DNA from: Elusimicrobiota bacterium
Lineage (GTDB): Bacteria; Elusimicrobiota; Elusimicrobia; Elusimicrobiales; UBA9959
NCBI GenBank assembly: GCA_036574205.1
Contig: JAINCQ010000028.1
Location: 1 to 64,000 of the forward strand
Length of the DNA stretch: 64,000 nucleotides
Reading direction: 5' to 3'
This document shows positions 51,681 through 62,150 of the stretch, piece by piece. Position 1 is the stretch's first letter. Each line of letters starts with the position of its first letter. The notes below the pieces were generated by a model that made no database searches, was not told the DNA's origin, and saw only the letters and a program-made list of their open reading frames with translations. The position numbers and the translations under genes were made by a program.

Positions 51681-52385
51681 ATGGATATATTCTGGCGGCT
51701 TTCTTTAAGCCATTTAATAGCTGATTTTACACTTCAAACAAACTGGATAAATAGAATGAAAAGGGAAAATGTAAAAGGAGTAATTATACATGTTCTTGTT
51801 CATATAATAGTTACAACATTACTTCTTACTCCTTACCTTGATAAGCTCTGGTTTAATTTTTATAATTTCAAATTAACCGGATATGCCATGATACTTATCA
51901 TATGCTTTTTTCATTTTATAATAGACCAGACAAGGGTTTATGCCATAAAAAACAAGATATATCCTGATAATACAATAAGCTTTATAGCTGATCAAATTTT
52001 TCATTTTTATTTTATTTTTTTATTCACTCCTTTTGTAAACGTTCCAATAGATTTTTCAGGAGAAAAAATAATTATGCTTTTCACATTTCTCGTTATTATC
52101 ACTCATACGACCACTATTTTTGTTTATTATATAGAAAAAGATTTGAGTAACTTGCCTTTTCCGAGCTTTGATCAAAAATATTTCATGATTTTTGAAAGAG
52201 TGGTTATATGGGCATTTTTTCTTCTTAATGGATGGTGGTGGGTGTTTTTACTTGCTGCCTGGATTTATCAGCTTTATTATTTTAAAAAGAAAAAAATAAT
52301 AGATATAACTAATGTTAATTTTTATATTAGTGTAATATTTTCTATGTTCTTTGGAATTTTATCAAGGCATTTTTATTATAAGTAG
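51681..52385 (+). CDS. DUF3307-like membrane protein
   Basis: HLIADFTLQ, HVLVH, HFIID, DQIFH, ER motifs. Confidence 0.75.
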   Translation: MDIFWRLSLSHLIADFTLQTNWINRMKRENVKGVIIHVLVHIIVTTLLLTPYLDKLWFNFYNFKLTGYAMILIICFFHFIIDQTRVYAIKNKIYPDNTISFIADQIFHFYFIFLFTPFVNVPIDFSGEKIIMLFTFLVIITHTTTIFVYYIEKDLSNLPFPSFDQKYFMIFERVVIWAFFLLNGWWWVFLLAAWIYQLYYFKKKKIIDITNVNFYISVIFSMFFGILSRHFYYK

Positions 52386-52493
52386 ATTTTTTATATTTAT
52401 AAGCGAAATAATTTAGTATGTATTAATTTTAGGTTAAATTAAAGGGAAAGTTCGTGATCTTACAGGCTTTATTGAGTATTTAAATATAGAAAT

Positions 52494-53018
52494 ATGAGTA
52501 TTATTATTAAAAAAGGAGATATAACAAAAGAAAATGTTGACGCAATAGTAAATGCGGCAAATTCAAGCCTTTCAGGTGGTGGTGGAGTGGATGGCGCCAT
52601 ACATAGAGCCGCAGGTCCTGAGCTTTCTAAAAAATGTTTTGAGATTATAAAAAAAATCAAAGTTCTTTCTCCGGGCGAATGTGTAATAACGCCTGCTTAT
52701 AATATATCAAATGTTAAATACATAATACACACAGTCGGTCCTATATGGCGTGGCGGAGATTTTAATGAAGAAAATATTTTAAGAAGTTGTTATGAAAACT
52801 GCTTTAAACTTGCGCGCGCCAATAACATAAAAACTATAGCTTTTCCATCTATTTCCACGGGCGCTTATGGTTATCCTGTGGAAAAAGCTGCAAAGATAGC
52901 AATAAGATCGGCTATAAGTAATAAAGAATTTTTTGATAAAATTATACTTATAACGTTCAGCGATTTTGATTTTAATGTTTATGAAAAAGAGATTGGAAAC
53001 TATGAAAATTGGGATTAA
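52494..53018 (+). CDS. Macrodomain O-acetyl-ADP-ribose deacetylase (YmdB-like)
   Basis: GDIT, AIVNAAN, GGGGVDGAIHRAAG, HTVGP, ISTGAYGYP. Confidence 0.93.
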   Translation: MSIIIKKGDITKENVDAIVNAANSSLSGGGGVDGAIHRAAGPELSKKCFEIIKKIKVLSPGECVITPAYNISNVKYIIHTVGPIWRGGDFNEENILRSCYENCFKLARANNIKTIAFPSISTGAYGYPVEKAAKIAIRSAISNKEFFDKIILITFSDFDFNVYEKEIGNYENWD

Positions 53019-53586
53019 TACTCCTATTGAAAATGTTAAATTTGTTATTGTTGATGTTGAAACTACCGGGCTTGATCCTGAAAATGACAGGATATGTGAG
53101 ATAGCAATTTCTGCGCTTTTAAATTTTAGAGAAGTAAATAGTTTTTCTACTTTAATAAATCCTGGTATTCCTATACCAAAAGAGATTTCAAGGATACATG
53201 GTATAACTGATGATGATGTTAGTAAAAGTCCTCATTTTTCCAATATAATTAATCGAGTCCTTGAGATGCTTTATGATGGGGTTTTTGTAGGACATAACGT
53301 GGATTTTGATTATGGATTTATAAATGCCGAGCTTGCCCGTTGGGGTTATACAATGCCAGATGTTTATAGAATTGATACTCTAAAGATTTCAAGAAAATTT
53401 TGCAACAATATCCCAAACAATAAACTTGAAACTGTTGCAAGATCCATAAATCTTTTTTCTGATGACTGGCATAGGGCGGAAAACGATGTGCAGATAACAA
53501 GAAAAATATTTGAGTATTTTCTCAGGATGTTTGTAAAAGAAAATCAAGTTATAATGCTTGGAGATCTTTTAAAAATAACAGGTTGA
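53002..53586 (+). CDS. DEDDh 3'-5' exonuclease (DnaQ-like)
   Basis: DVETTGL, GHNVDFD, IDTL, HRAEND. Confidence 0.9.
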   Translation: MKIGINTPIENVKFVIVDVETTGLDPENDRICEIAISALLNFREVNSFSTLINPGIPIPKEISRIHGITDDDVSKSPHFSNIINRVLEMLYDGVFVGHNVDFDYGFINAELARWGYTMPDVYRIDTLKISRKFCNNIPNNKLETVARSINLFSDDWHRAENDVQITRKIFEYFLRMFVKENQVIMLGDLLKITG

Positions 53587-53598
53587 AAAGGAGGAATA

Positions 53599-55131
53599 AT
53601 GTCTATTAAGATAGATGGAAGTTCTTTGAAGATTGAAGATGTAGTTAAGGTTGCAAGATACGGAGAAAAAGTTGAGTTGACCCCCGATGCGGTGGAAAGG
53701 ATAAAGAAATGCAGGGCGATGCTTGAAAAAAAGATTGAGAAAAATGAAATTATGTATGGTGTTAATACCGGAATAGGAGAGCTTGTAAATGTTGTTCTAA
53801 ATGAGGAACAGATAAAACAATTTCAGAAATATCTGGTATATAACCATGCAGCCGGAATAGGAGATCCATGTCCAATAGAGCATGTAAGAGCTGCTATGCT
53901 TAGCAGGATAAACGTTCATGCTAAAGGGCATTCTGGATGTAGAATTGAGATAACTCAGACATATGTTGATATGCTAAATAAAGGTGTGGTCCCGGTTGTA
54001 TGCGAGAAAGGTAGTGTTGGCGCCTGTGGAGATCTTGCTCCAATGAGTCAGATAGCTTTATCACTTCTTGGAGAAGGTGAGTGTTTTTATGAAGGCAAAA
54101 GGATGCCAACAAAAGATGCTATGGCTAAGGCTAATATCCCAATTCCAGGTCTTAAAGCAAGAGATGGTCTTGCTGCTATAAATGGTTCAAACCTTATAAC
54201 GGGGATAGGATGCCTTATTATATATGATGCTGAGAGATGGATAAAACAGGCTGAAATATGCGCCGCAATGACCCTTGAAGCTCTTATGGCTAATATGAAG
54301 CCATATGATAGAAGGCTTCATGAATTAAGAGGTTTTAAGGGAGCTATAACTTCTGCGGAAAATATAAAAAAGGTTATAGATGGTTCAGATCTTTTAAGTG
54401 GAAAGGTTAAAGTTAAGGTTCAAGACGCCTATTCTATGAGATCAACCCCTCAGGTTATAGGCGCTTTAAGAGATCATCTTAGCTGGACTAGGAAACAATT
54501 TGAAATAGAATTAAACGGCGTAGCCGATAATCCTATATTTTTGCCAGAATCAGATACTGTTTTAACAGGGGCAAACTTTCAGGGAACACCGATAAGCATG
54601 CCGCTTGATATGGTAGGAGCTGGCATAACAATGGTTTGTGTTTTAAGTGAAAGGAGGCTTAACAGATTGCTTAACCCGGCGTTAAGTGTTGGCCTTCCGG
54701 CTTTCTTGACAAAAGGGGCTGGAATGTTTTCAGGTCATATGTTAAGTCAGTATACAGCGGATATGATGATAGTTGAACAGAGAATATTAAGCGCGCCAGC
54801 CTGTATCCAGTCTATTCCAGCAGCAGCCGATCAGGAAGATTTTGTAAGTATGGGGATGAATACCGCTCTTAAAACCAAACAAATACTTGAAAACGCTTAT
54901 GGGGTGCTCGGAATAGAGTTTATAGCCGCAGCTCAAGCTCTTGATTTCAGAAACTTTGAATTTGGCAGAGGGACAAAAGCTGCGCATTCTGCTGTCAGAA
55001 AAGTTGTAAAACATCTGGATGAAGATAGGCCTTTATTTAATGACCATAATGCAATGAAACAAGCAGTTAAAGAATGTGGAGTGCTTGAAGCTGTTGAAAA
55101 TGAAATAGGGGAATTGAAAACTTCCTGGTAA
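53599..55131 (+). CDS. hutH: Histidine ammonia-lyase (MIO family) with Ala-Cys-Gly triad
   Basis: [36 protein letters not shown]; directly upstream of hutU. Confidence 0.85.
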   Translation: MSIKIDGSSLKIEDVVKVARYGEKVELTPDAVERIKKCRAMLEKKIEKNEIMYGVNTGIGELVNVVLNEEQIKQFQKYLVYNHAAGIGDPCPIEHVRAAMLSRINVHAKGHSGCRIEITQTYVDMLNKGVVPVVCEKGSVGACGDLAPMSQIALSLLGEGECFYEGKRMPTKDAMAKANIPIPGLKARDGLAAINGSNLITGIGCLIIYDAERWIKQAEICAAMTLEALMANMKPYDRRLHELRGFKGAITSAENIKKVIDGSDLLSGKVKVKVQDAYSMRSTPQVIGALRDHLSWTRKQFEIELNGVADNPIFLPESDTVLTGANFQGTPISMPLDMVGAGITMVCVLSERRLNRLLNPALSVGLPAFLTKGAGMFSGHMLSQYTADMMIVEQRILSAPACIQSIPAAADQEDFVSMGMNTALKTKQILENAYGVLGIEFIAAAQALDFRNFEFGRGTKAAHSAVRKVVKHLDEDRPLFNDHNAMKQAVKECGVLEAVENEIGELKTSW

Positions 55132-55151
55132 AAACAAAGGAGGAAGATAAT

Positions 55152-56792
55152 ATGAAAGTAAAAGCGCCAAGAGGAAATAAAATAACTTGTAAAGGTTGGG
55201 AACAGGAAGCTGCTATGCGGATGCTTATGAACAATTTGGATTCCGAAGTAGCTGAAAAACCTGAGGAACTAATAGTTTATGGTGGAAGAGGAAAAGCTGC
55301 AAGAAATTGGGATGCTTTTAAAGCTATAATTAAAAGCTTAAAAGAATTAAATGATGATGAAACACTACTTGTTCAATCAGGAAAACCGGTTGGCATAGCT
55401 AAAACACATGAATATGCTCCAAGGGTTTTAATAGCAAATTCCAATTTAGTTGGTAATTGGGCTAAATGGGAAGTTTTTAATGATCTTGAAAAAAAAGGTC
55501 TTATAATGTATGGTCAGATGACTGCGGGCTCCTGGATTTACATAGGCACTCAGGGTATATTACAGGGAACTTATGAGACTTTTGCGGCATGTGCCAGAAA
55601 ACATTTTAAATCTGATTTAACTGGCAAGCTTGTTGTAAGTGGTGGGCTTGGTGGAATGGGAGGGGCTCAGCCTCTTGCAATTACAATGAATAATGGAGTT
55701 GGAATTATTATAGAGGTTGATCCTCAAAGGATTCAAAAAAGGCTTAAAACTGGATATTTAGATACAATGACTGAAAGTTTAGATGAAGCTCTTGAAATAG
55801 CAAACAGATACATAAAAGAGAAAAAACCTATTTCAATTGGTCTTTTGGGAAATTGCGCTGAAATACTCCCACAGATGCTTAAAATGGGAGTAAAGATAGA
55901 TGTTTTAACTGATCAAACTTCAGCGCATGACCCGTTAAATGGCTATATTCCAAAAGGTTTAAGTTTAGAAGAAGCTAAAAAGTTAAGAGAAAAAGATCCG
56001 GATAGCTATATAAAAAAATCAATGGAGTCTATGGCAATACATGTTGAAGCAATGCTTGGATTTTTGAAAAATGGAACGATTGTTTTTGACTATGGAAATA
56101 ATATAAGGACGATGGCTTATAATCAGGGTGTTAAAAATGCTTATGATTTTCCCGGTTTTGTGCCAGCTTATATAAGAGATTTATTTTGTGAAGGTAAAGG
56201 ACCATTTAGATGGGTAGCTTTAAGTGGGGATCCGAAAGACATATACTTTACGGATAAACTTGCAATGGAAACATTTCCCAAAAATGAGACTATGATTAGA
56301 TGGATTAAGATGGCTTCAAAAAAGGTTCATTTTCAGGGCCTTCCAGCAAGAATATGCTGGCTTGGTTATGGAGAAAGGCATATTTTAGGGCTTAAGTTTA
56401 ATGAGATGGTTAAAAAAGGTAAGATATCCGCTCCTATTGTAATTGGAAGGGATCATTTAGATAGCGGATCTGTTGCAAGCCCTTTTAGAGAGACAGAATC
56501 TATGAAAGATGGCTCAGATGCAATAGCAGATTGGCCTATTTTAAATGCTTTGCTTAATACCGCAAGTGGTGCAAGCTGGGTTAGCTTTCATCACGGCGGT
56601 GGGGTTGGGATAGGATATTCTTTACATGCCGGTCAGGTTATAGTTTGTGATGGAAGCAAGAAAATGAGAGATAGGATTGAAAGGGTTTTAACAAATGATC
56701 CTCTTATGGGAGTTTTAAGGCATTATGATGCAGGATATGAGATAGCCAAAAAATTTGCTCAAAAAAATAAGATAAAAATTCCAATGAGATAG
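55152..56792 (+). CDS. hutU: Urocanate hydratase
   Basis: [45 protein letters not shown]. Confidence 0.98.
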   Translation: MKVKAPRGNKITCKGWEQEAAMRMLMNNLDSEVAEKPEELIVYGGRGKAARNWDAFKAIIKSLKELNDDETLLVQSGKPVGIAKTHEYAPRVLIANSNLVGNWAKWEVFNDLEKKGLIMYGQMTAGSWIYIGTQGILQGTYETFAACARKHFKSDLTGKLVVSGGLGGMGGAQPLAITMNNGVGIIIEVDPQRIQKRLKTGYLDTMTESLDEALEIANRYIKEKKPISIGLLGNCAEILPQMLKMGVKIDVLTDQTSAHDPLNGYIPKGLSLEEAKKLREKDPDSYIKKSMESMAIHVEAMLGFLKNGTIVFDYGNNIRTMAYNQGVKNAYDFPGFVPAYIRDLFCEGKGPFRWVALSGDPKDIYFTDKLAMETFPKNETMIRWIKMASKKVHFQGLPARICWLGYGERHILGLKFNEMVKKGKISAPIVIGRDHLDSGSVASPFRETESMKDGSDAIADWPILNALLNTASGASWVSFHHGGGVGIGYSLHAGQVIVCDGSKKMRDRIERVLTNDPLMGVLRHYDAGYEIAKKFAQKNKIKIPMR

Positions 56793-56850
56793 CATATAAC
56801 TGCTAGTATTATTGTTATCATCCTCCTCCGGTTAGGATGAACCCAAAGAT

Positions 56851-56868
56851 AACCTACGAGGTTGAAAA
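56851..56868 (+). repeat. 18-bp direct repeat, left copy (aacctacgaggttgaaaa)
   Basis: Identical to 59412-59429; contains the palindrome AACCT-acg-AGGTT. Confidence 0.8.
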
Positions 56869-56911
56869 TAACTTTAAAACATAAATCTTCATCTTATTAT
56901 CCTCCACTTAA

Positions 56912-57042
56912 AAAAATGATGGTATAAAAAACCTATTTAATTATAGGACTAAGGTTATTGAAAAATGAAATATTTTGAGGTAATTTATAAGTGGTTTAAG
57001 GTGAATATTATAAGGAGATGTTGAAAAGTAGATGTATTAACA
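56912..57042 (+). promoter_or_regulatory. Duplicated ~130-bp promoter/leader block, copy 1
   Basis: Near-identical to 58356-58480. Paired boxes at 56922 and 56946, then TTGAAA (56958) - 17 bp - TAATTT (56981). Confidence 0.75.
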
Positions 57043-57103
57043 GACTGAGAAAAAAATAAAATCACACAATATAAATCAAGGAGAAAATGGTAAAATAGTA
57101 GTA

Positions 57104-57739
57104 GTGGTGTTAATGGCAGTGTTAATGTTCTCTTATACAAATGCAGAAGAGACTAAAATGGACTTTGATGGGAAAGTTCAAAGAACTGAGAGTATTATTG
57201 AAACTATAAAAGCAAACATTGATAATGCTAATGCTCTTAATGTTTCCCTGCCGAAACCAGAACCTGAGGTAGTGAATAATACTGATAAAATGGAAGAAAG
57301 GAATCTTGATTATTCAATTAAAACAGCTATAGAATACTGTAAAAAACAAAATTTCAGTATTCTTGAAAATAACTTTAGAAACTTGCTTATCCATGGGACA
57401 AGGGAAGAAAAATATGAATTCGTTTATAATGCTGGAAAGACTTATGTTTTCCCTCTCAGGATTAGAAGAATGTCTTTGTTTGATAATAAAAGTACCCAAT
57501 ATAACATTCAACAGTTATCTAAAACGAGATTATATACATGTATCGCATCTCATATTGAAGAGGAATGTATAAACCGTCCGGTTTGTAGAATTGTTTGTAC
57601 CGCTGCATCTACTTTTGCGGGAAGTGTAGCTGGCGGACACACTGGGGCAGCGGTTGCTATTGGTGTTTCCGGACAAATATGCCAAGAATTATGCGAACTA
57701 ATTCCTGAATGCAGCTTAATAACAGTTTGCGATAAATAG
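57104..57739 (+). CDS. Secreted protein with a C-terminal 8-Cys hairpin domain (candidate toxin/bacteriocin precursor); start possibly frameshifted
   Basis: Hydrophobic N-terminus ending TNA|EE; C-terminal C-x8-C-x5-C-x3-C-x27-C-x3-C-x5-C-x5-C around a Gly/Ala-rich segment. Confidence 0.7.
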   Translation: MVLMAVLMFSYTNAEETKMDFDGKVQRTESIIETIKANIDNANALNVSLPKPEPEVVNNTDKMEERNLDYSIKTAIEYCKKQNFSILENNFRNLLIHGTREEKYEFVYNAGKTYVFPLRIRRMSLFDNKSTQYNIQQLSKTRLYTCIASHIEEECINRPVCRIVCTAASTFAGSVAGGHTGAAVAIGVSGQICQELCELIPECSLITVCDK

Positions 57740-57809
57740 CAAGACGATCCGATTAATATTGGGATGCAAGATCAAAATGGAAATTGGTATTAATGCAAGG
57801 AGAAATAAA

Positions 57810-58262
57810 ATGAGCAAAGAAACAAAAGCTATGATTTATATTACTTCGGTGGTAAGTATTTGCTTTGTGAGTATAGAATATCTGAATGGCTTAAGTTTTT
57901 TTAGACAACTTACGCCTGTTTTGAGAATTTTTATAGCAGGTATAATTGGTGGGGTTGTTGGTTTAGTATTTACAAGCATAGCGTATTTGTGTGATAAATA
58001 TATTAAAAGTGAAAAGGGAGGTCCTCCAATATCCTTCTGGAAATATATTCTAATCTTTTCTCAACCTCAAAAGGGAAAATTAAGACGCGCAATAACAGCA
58101 GGGTTTGTTGCGTCTTGTATAATCTTACTCCATGAGTTAGGGTATTTTGTTCATCTAAATCTGGTTGCAAGATTTTTTATTGGTGTAGTTTTGGGTGTGA
58201 GTATTGGTTTATTGGTTGAGTATGTAGCTAAAATTGTACCTAAACAAAAGACTATTACATAG
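57810..58262 (+). CDS. Membrane protein with two similar 2-TM units (candidate immunity protein)
   Basis: AAGGAG RBS; FFRQLTPVLRIFIAGIIGGVVGLV resembles YFVHLNLVARFFIGVVLGVSIGLL. Confidence 0.65.
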   Translation: MSKETKAMIYITSVVSICFVSIEYLNGLSFFRQLTPVLRIFIAGIIGGVVGLVFTSIAYLCDKYIKSEKGGPPISFWKYILIFSQPQKGKLRRAITAGFVASCIILLHELGYFVHLNLVARFFIGVVLGVSIGLLVEYVAKIVPKQKTIT

Positions 58263-58355
58263 TTTCTGCTCAAGAACTTATAGAAATTATTGTGCCAACT
58301 ATAAATTAAAGCCAAAAAAGTTTTTTCTTGGCAAATTAAATTAACTATTATGTAG

Positions 58356-58480
58356 AAAAATGATGGCATAAAAGACCTATTTAATTATAGGACTAAGGTT
58401 ATTGAAAAATAAAATATTTTGAGGTAATTTACAAGTGGTTTAAGGTGAATATAAGGAGATGAAAAGTGGATGTATTAACA
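58356..58480 (+). promoter_or_regulatory. Duplicated promoter/leader block, copy 2
   Basis: Near-identical to 56912-57042. Confidence 0.75.
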
Positions 58481-58509
58481 CTATTTGCCAATAATTGGAA
58501 AGAGGGATT

Positions 58510-58758
58510 ATGAATATCATAAAGGTTGTGAGTATCCTAAAAAAGATAAATAATGATAAAGAATTTAATAATTCTTTTGTCCGTATGACGGGCATATTTG
58601 TCGGGATAATGCTTATAAATCACTATTTAAAGATATTTGATAAATATAGTGGTTTTATCGCAGTTTTCATGGCAGTAATTGTTAGCTGTGTATCTTATAG
58701 TTTATGGATATTTATTATTGGAGGTTTATATAAATTGTATAAGCGGCTTAAAGCATAA
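58510..58758 (+). CDS. Small 2-TM membrane protein
   Basis: GAGGG RBS, two hydrophobic helices and a basic tail. Confidence 0.6.
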   Translation: MNIIKVVSILKKINNDKEFNNSFVRMTGIFVGIMLINHYLKIFDKYSGFIAVFMAVIVSCVSYSLWIFIIGGLYKLYKRLKA

Positions 58759-58906
58759 AAGATTTTCCTATACTGGTCAAAACCTGTTATATTTTAAAAA
58801 TGTTAGTAGAAATTAGTAATTTTCTTACCAGCTATAGATGCTTTTTTAGGTAAACATATACAAAAAATGTATTTTTCTAAATAGAATATTCCAAAGGGGG
58901 TTTTTT

Positions 58907-59101
58907 ATGATAAAAAGGATATTTGAAAATACGGCTTTTTGGTTATGTCTTGTTGGAATAATAATAGCCCGTATTATTCATAAAAAATATGGTAATTCTA
59001 TCCCAGAATATATTGATTTTTTGGTTACTTCTTTGTTACCATCATTTGGTATATTGATAGGTATTTATATTGAGAAGAAACGACGCAAGCAAATAACTTG
59101 A
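58907..59101 (+). CDS. Small 2-TM membrane protein
   Basis: AGGGGG RBS, two hydrophobic helices and a basic tail (KKRRK). Confidence 0.6.
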   Translation: MIKRIFENTAFWLCLVGIIIARIIHKKYGNSIPEYIDFLVTSLLPSFGILIGIYIEKKRRKQIT

Positions 59102-59144
59102 AACATCAAATTTAGTAAACAATAATTTATATTTTGCTTTCAAA

Positions 59145-59273
59145 AACATCCACTAATTTTACACGATCGTAGTTAAACTGTGGATAATAATTTATTAGAA
59201 ATTCTATAACTTTCTTCTGACTAACATCCACTCATTTTACACGGCCGTGTATAAACTGTGGATGATAGTTTAG
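59145..59273. repeat. Dispersed palindromic repeat, copies B (59145-59194) and C (59223-59273)
   Basis: aacatccact-atttt-[acacgatcgtag / acacggccgtgt]-taaactgtggat, matching copy A at 34372. Confidence 0.85.
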
Positions 59274-59411
59274 TATAAAAAAAATTTCTACTACTGTAAT
59301 TGATTATATATATGTTATGATATTGATAAGCGACATAAATGATTAAATCCGAAAAACGCCAATGGGATATTTTTTAAATCAGAAATTTCAAAATCATGAC
59401 AATCTTTAGAC

Positions 59412-59429
59412 AACCTACGAGGTTGAAAA
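59412..59429 (+). repeat. 18-bp direct repeat, right copy
   Basis: Identical to 56851-56868. Confidence 0.8.
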
Positions 59430-59572
59430 AGGTTAGAAATTAAATATGATTATTTTTAATGCGACTGCTTTTTCAATCAATAGTATAAAGTAAAAAAACA
59501 GAGTTTCGCTTAGATTGGTTTCGATCTGAATCATTGTTTTTTTATTGTTTTTCAATCTTATATAATATATTT

Positions 59573-62125
59573 ATGTCAACTTCTAAAACAATAAACGATA
59601 TAGACACTCCATTAATGAATCAGTATAAAGAAATAAAAGCTCAATATGAGGATTCTATATTGTTTTTCAGGTTAGGTGATTTTTATGAGATGTTTGATGA
59701 GGATGCCAAAACTGCTTCAAGAATACTTGGTTTGGTGCTTACCAAAAGACATGGTGTGCCAATGTGCGGGGTGCCATACCATTCTGCCATTAATTATATC
59801 TCAAAGCTTATTAATAATGGTTTTAAGGTTGCAATATGCGAGCAGATAGGGGAGGATGACAAAAAGTCAAATCTTTTTAAACGAAAGGTTGTAAGGGTAA
59901 TAACCCCCGGCACTGTAATAGAAGACAATCTCCTCAACGCCAAATCAACAAATTATCTTGCGGCTGTTATAGTTGATATGGTTGGCTGGGGTATGAGCTG
60001 GATTGATGTATCCACAGGGGAGTTTTATTCTATTAATAAACTTGATGATGCATATTTTAGTGATTTTCTTTCCTTAATATCAAGGGTTTCTCCCAGAGAA
60101 ATAGTCAGCGATTCAAATACTTTGAGATATATTGAACAAAACAGGATTAATATTTTTAAAGATAAAGTATCTGTTTTAAATCCAGATTATAATTTAGATT
60201 ATCCCTGGATAAAAGAGTCTATATGGCAAAATAATAAATTGGCGCTGAAATCCGCTTTGCTTGCCCTTTCTTATATAAAATCCGTTCAACCCGAAATGAC
60301 ATCCTCTCCTAAACCGCTTTATTTTGATGACTCAAACAATTTAAAGCTTGATGAAACTGCTATAAAAACACTTGAGCTTATAGAGCCTGATTATGAGGGG
60401 GGGCATTCTCTTTTTGACGTCATAGATTATTCAAAAACCTCTATGGGTTCAAGATTAATTAAGAAATGGATCTTAAACCCGCTTTCAGATTATTATACGC
60501 TTAAATCAAGACTTGATGCTGTGGAATATTTTTATAATAATGAAGAAAAGGTTGAGGCTTTATGGAAGGTGATTTCAGAAATTCCTGATATAGAAAGGAT
60601 TTGTGGTAGAATTCTAAACACAAGCATAACGCCTCAAGATGCTGTTGCTATAAAAAATGCGATTAAAAAACTTGATTTAATAGCAGATTATCTTAAAGAA
60701 GGCGATTTTATTTCTTATATTCCGGATGTTGTCAGAAGGGTTGACGCAATAAGAGATCTTAATAATCTTGGACAGTTGTTAGAAAAAGCTATTGATGAAA
60801 ACTCATCTCTTAAAGCAGGGGAAGGAGATCTTTTTAAAAGCGGATATAATTTAGACTATGATGAGCTAAAAAAACTCATTGATGACTCTCAAAGTATTAT
60901 AAAAAATCTTGAATTAGCCGAGAGAGAAAAGACAGGGATTAACTCGCTTAAAATTGGATACAATTCTAATTTTGGATATTTTATAGAAGTTACCAAAACT
61001 CATATTTCCAAAATCCCATCTCATTACATAAGGAAACAGACGTTAGTTGCTTCAGAAAGGTTTATAACGGATGAGTTAAAAAGACTTGAAGAAAAGATTT
61101 TAAGCGCAAGCGAAAAAATAAAGAAACTTGAGCTTTCTCTCTTTATGGAGATAAAGAAAGAGGTTTTGAAGTATATTTCAAAAATAAGCGCTTTTGCTTT
61201 TGTTATTGCATATGTAGACGCTTATGCTGCGTTAGCTGAGGCGGCAAGGAAAAACGATTATGTAAAACCTGAGATAGTCAATGAAGATGTAATAGAAATT
61301 GAAGATGGTCGTCATCCTGTTGTGGAAAAATTTTTAAGCTCTTCTTCTTCTTTTGTGCCTAATGATCTTACATTTAATGAGAAAATAAGGTCTATAATTA
61401 TAACAGGACCTAATATGAGCGGAAAAAGCGTTTACTTAAGACAAAACGCTTTGATAGTTATAATGGCTCAGATGGGTTCTTTTGTTCCGGCTTCTAAAGC
61501 CAGAATAGGGATTGTTGACAGGATAATGACCAGAATAGGCGCTCATGATAAGCTTGTCAGAGGCGAGTCTACTTTTATGGTTGAAATGAAGGAGACAAGT
61601 AACATATTAAAGCTTGCAACAAGAAAAAGCCTGATACTTTTAGATGAAATTGGAAGGGGAACTTCAACATTTGACGGGATTTCTATAGCATATGCGGTAC
61701 TTGAATATATACATAAAAATATAGGAGCCAAAGTTCTTTTTGCCACTCATTTTTTTGAGATAACTGAGTTGGCAAATAAATATGAGGGAATCAGAAATCT
61801 TAATATATCGGTTAAAGAGTGGGTAAACTCAAAAGGTAAAACCGAAATATCTTTTCTTCATAAAGTTGTGGAAGGCGCAGCTGACAGATCTTATGGTGTT
61901 CATGTTGCACAGATTGCAGGACTTCCAGAACAATGTATCAAACGAGCAAGGGAGATATTAAAAGAACTTGAAAGCAGGGAAATAGACTTACATGCAAAGT
62001 CTGAAATGCTTCCACTTTTTTCATCAAATCCTTTAATTGATAAAATCAAACTAATAGACATAGACAAAATCACACCTATAGAGGCTCTTAATATACTTTC
62101 TGAATTAAAGAAAGAAATAGAATAA
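59573..62125 (+). CDS. mutS: DNA mismatch repair protein MutS
   Basis: TPLMNQY, FFRLGDFYEMF, GPNMSGKS, STFMVEM, DEIGRGTST, ATHF, SYGVHVA. Confidence 0.98.
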   Translation: MSTSKTINDIDTPLMNQYKEIKAQYEDSILFFRLGDFYEMFDEDAKTASRILGLVLTKRHGVPMCGVPYHSAINYISKLINNGFKVAICEQIGEDDKKSNLFKRKVVRVITPGTVIEDNLLNAKSTNYLAAVIVDMVGWGMSWIDVSTGEFYSINKLDDAYFSDFLSLISRVSPREIVSDSNTLRYIEQNRINIFKDKVSVLNPDYNLDYPWIKESIWQNNKLALKSALLALSYIKSVQPEMTSSPKPLYFDDSNNLKLDETAIKTLELIEPDYEGGHSLFDVIDYSKTSMGSRLIKKWILNPLSDYYTLKSRLDAVEYFYNNEEKVEALWKVISEIPDIERICGRILNTSITPQDAVAIKNAIKKLDLIADYLKEGDFISYIPDVVRRVDAIRDLNNLGQLLEKAIDENSSLKAGEGDLFKSGYNLDYDELKKLIDDSQSIIKNLELAEREKTGINSLKIGYNSNFGYFIEVTKTHISKIPSHYIRKQTLVASERFITDELKRLEEKILSASEKIKKLELSLFMEIKKEVLKYISKISAFAFVIAYVDAYAALAEAARKNDYVKPEIVNEDVIEIEDGRHPVVEKFLSSSSSFVPNDLTFNEKIRSIIITGPNMSGKSVYLRQNALIVIMAQMGSFVPASKARIGIVDRIMTRIGAHDKLVRGESTFMVEMKETSNILKLATRKSLILLDEIGRGTSTFDGISIAYAVLEYIHKNIGAKVLFATHFFEITELANKYEGIRNLNISVKEWVNSKGKTEISFLHKVVEGAADRSYGVHVAQIAGLPEQCIKRAREILKELESREIDLHAKSEMLPLFSSNPLIDKIKLIDIDKITPIEALNILSELKKEIE

Positions 62126-62150
62126 AATTTTTAAAAACTTATAGATATTG

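Noticed and set aside
59145..59273. Possible CRISPR array
   Set aside because: Only two adjacent, imperfect ~50-bp copies and no cas genes in the window.
56851..59429. Integron cassette array or prophage/ICE with att sites
   Set aside because: No integrase or phage genes, and no convincing RYYYAAC...GTTRRRY attC pairs. The 18-bp repeat is itself a REP-like palindrome and may be two independent insertions.
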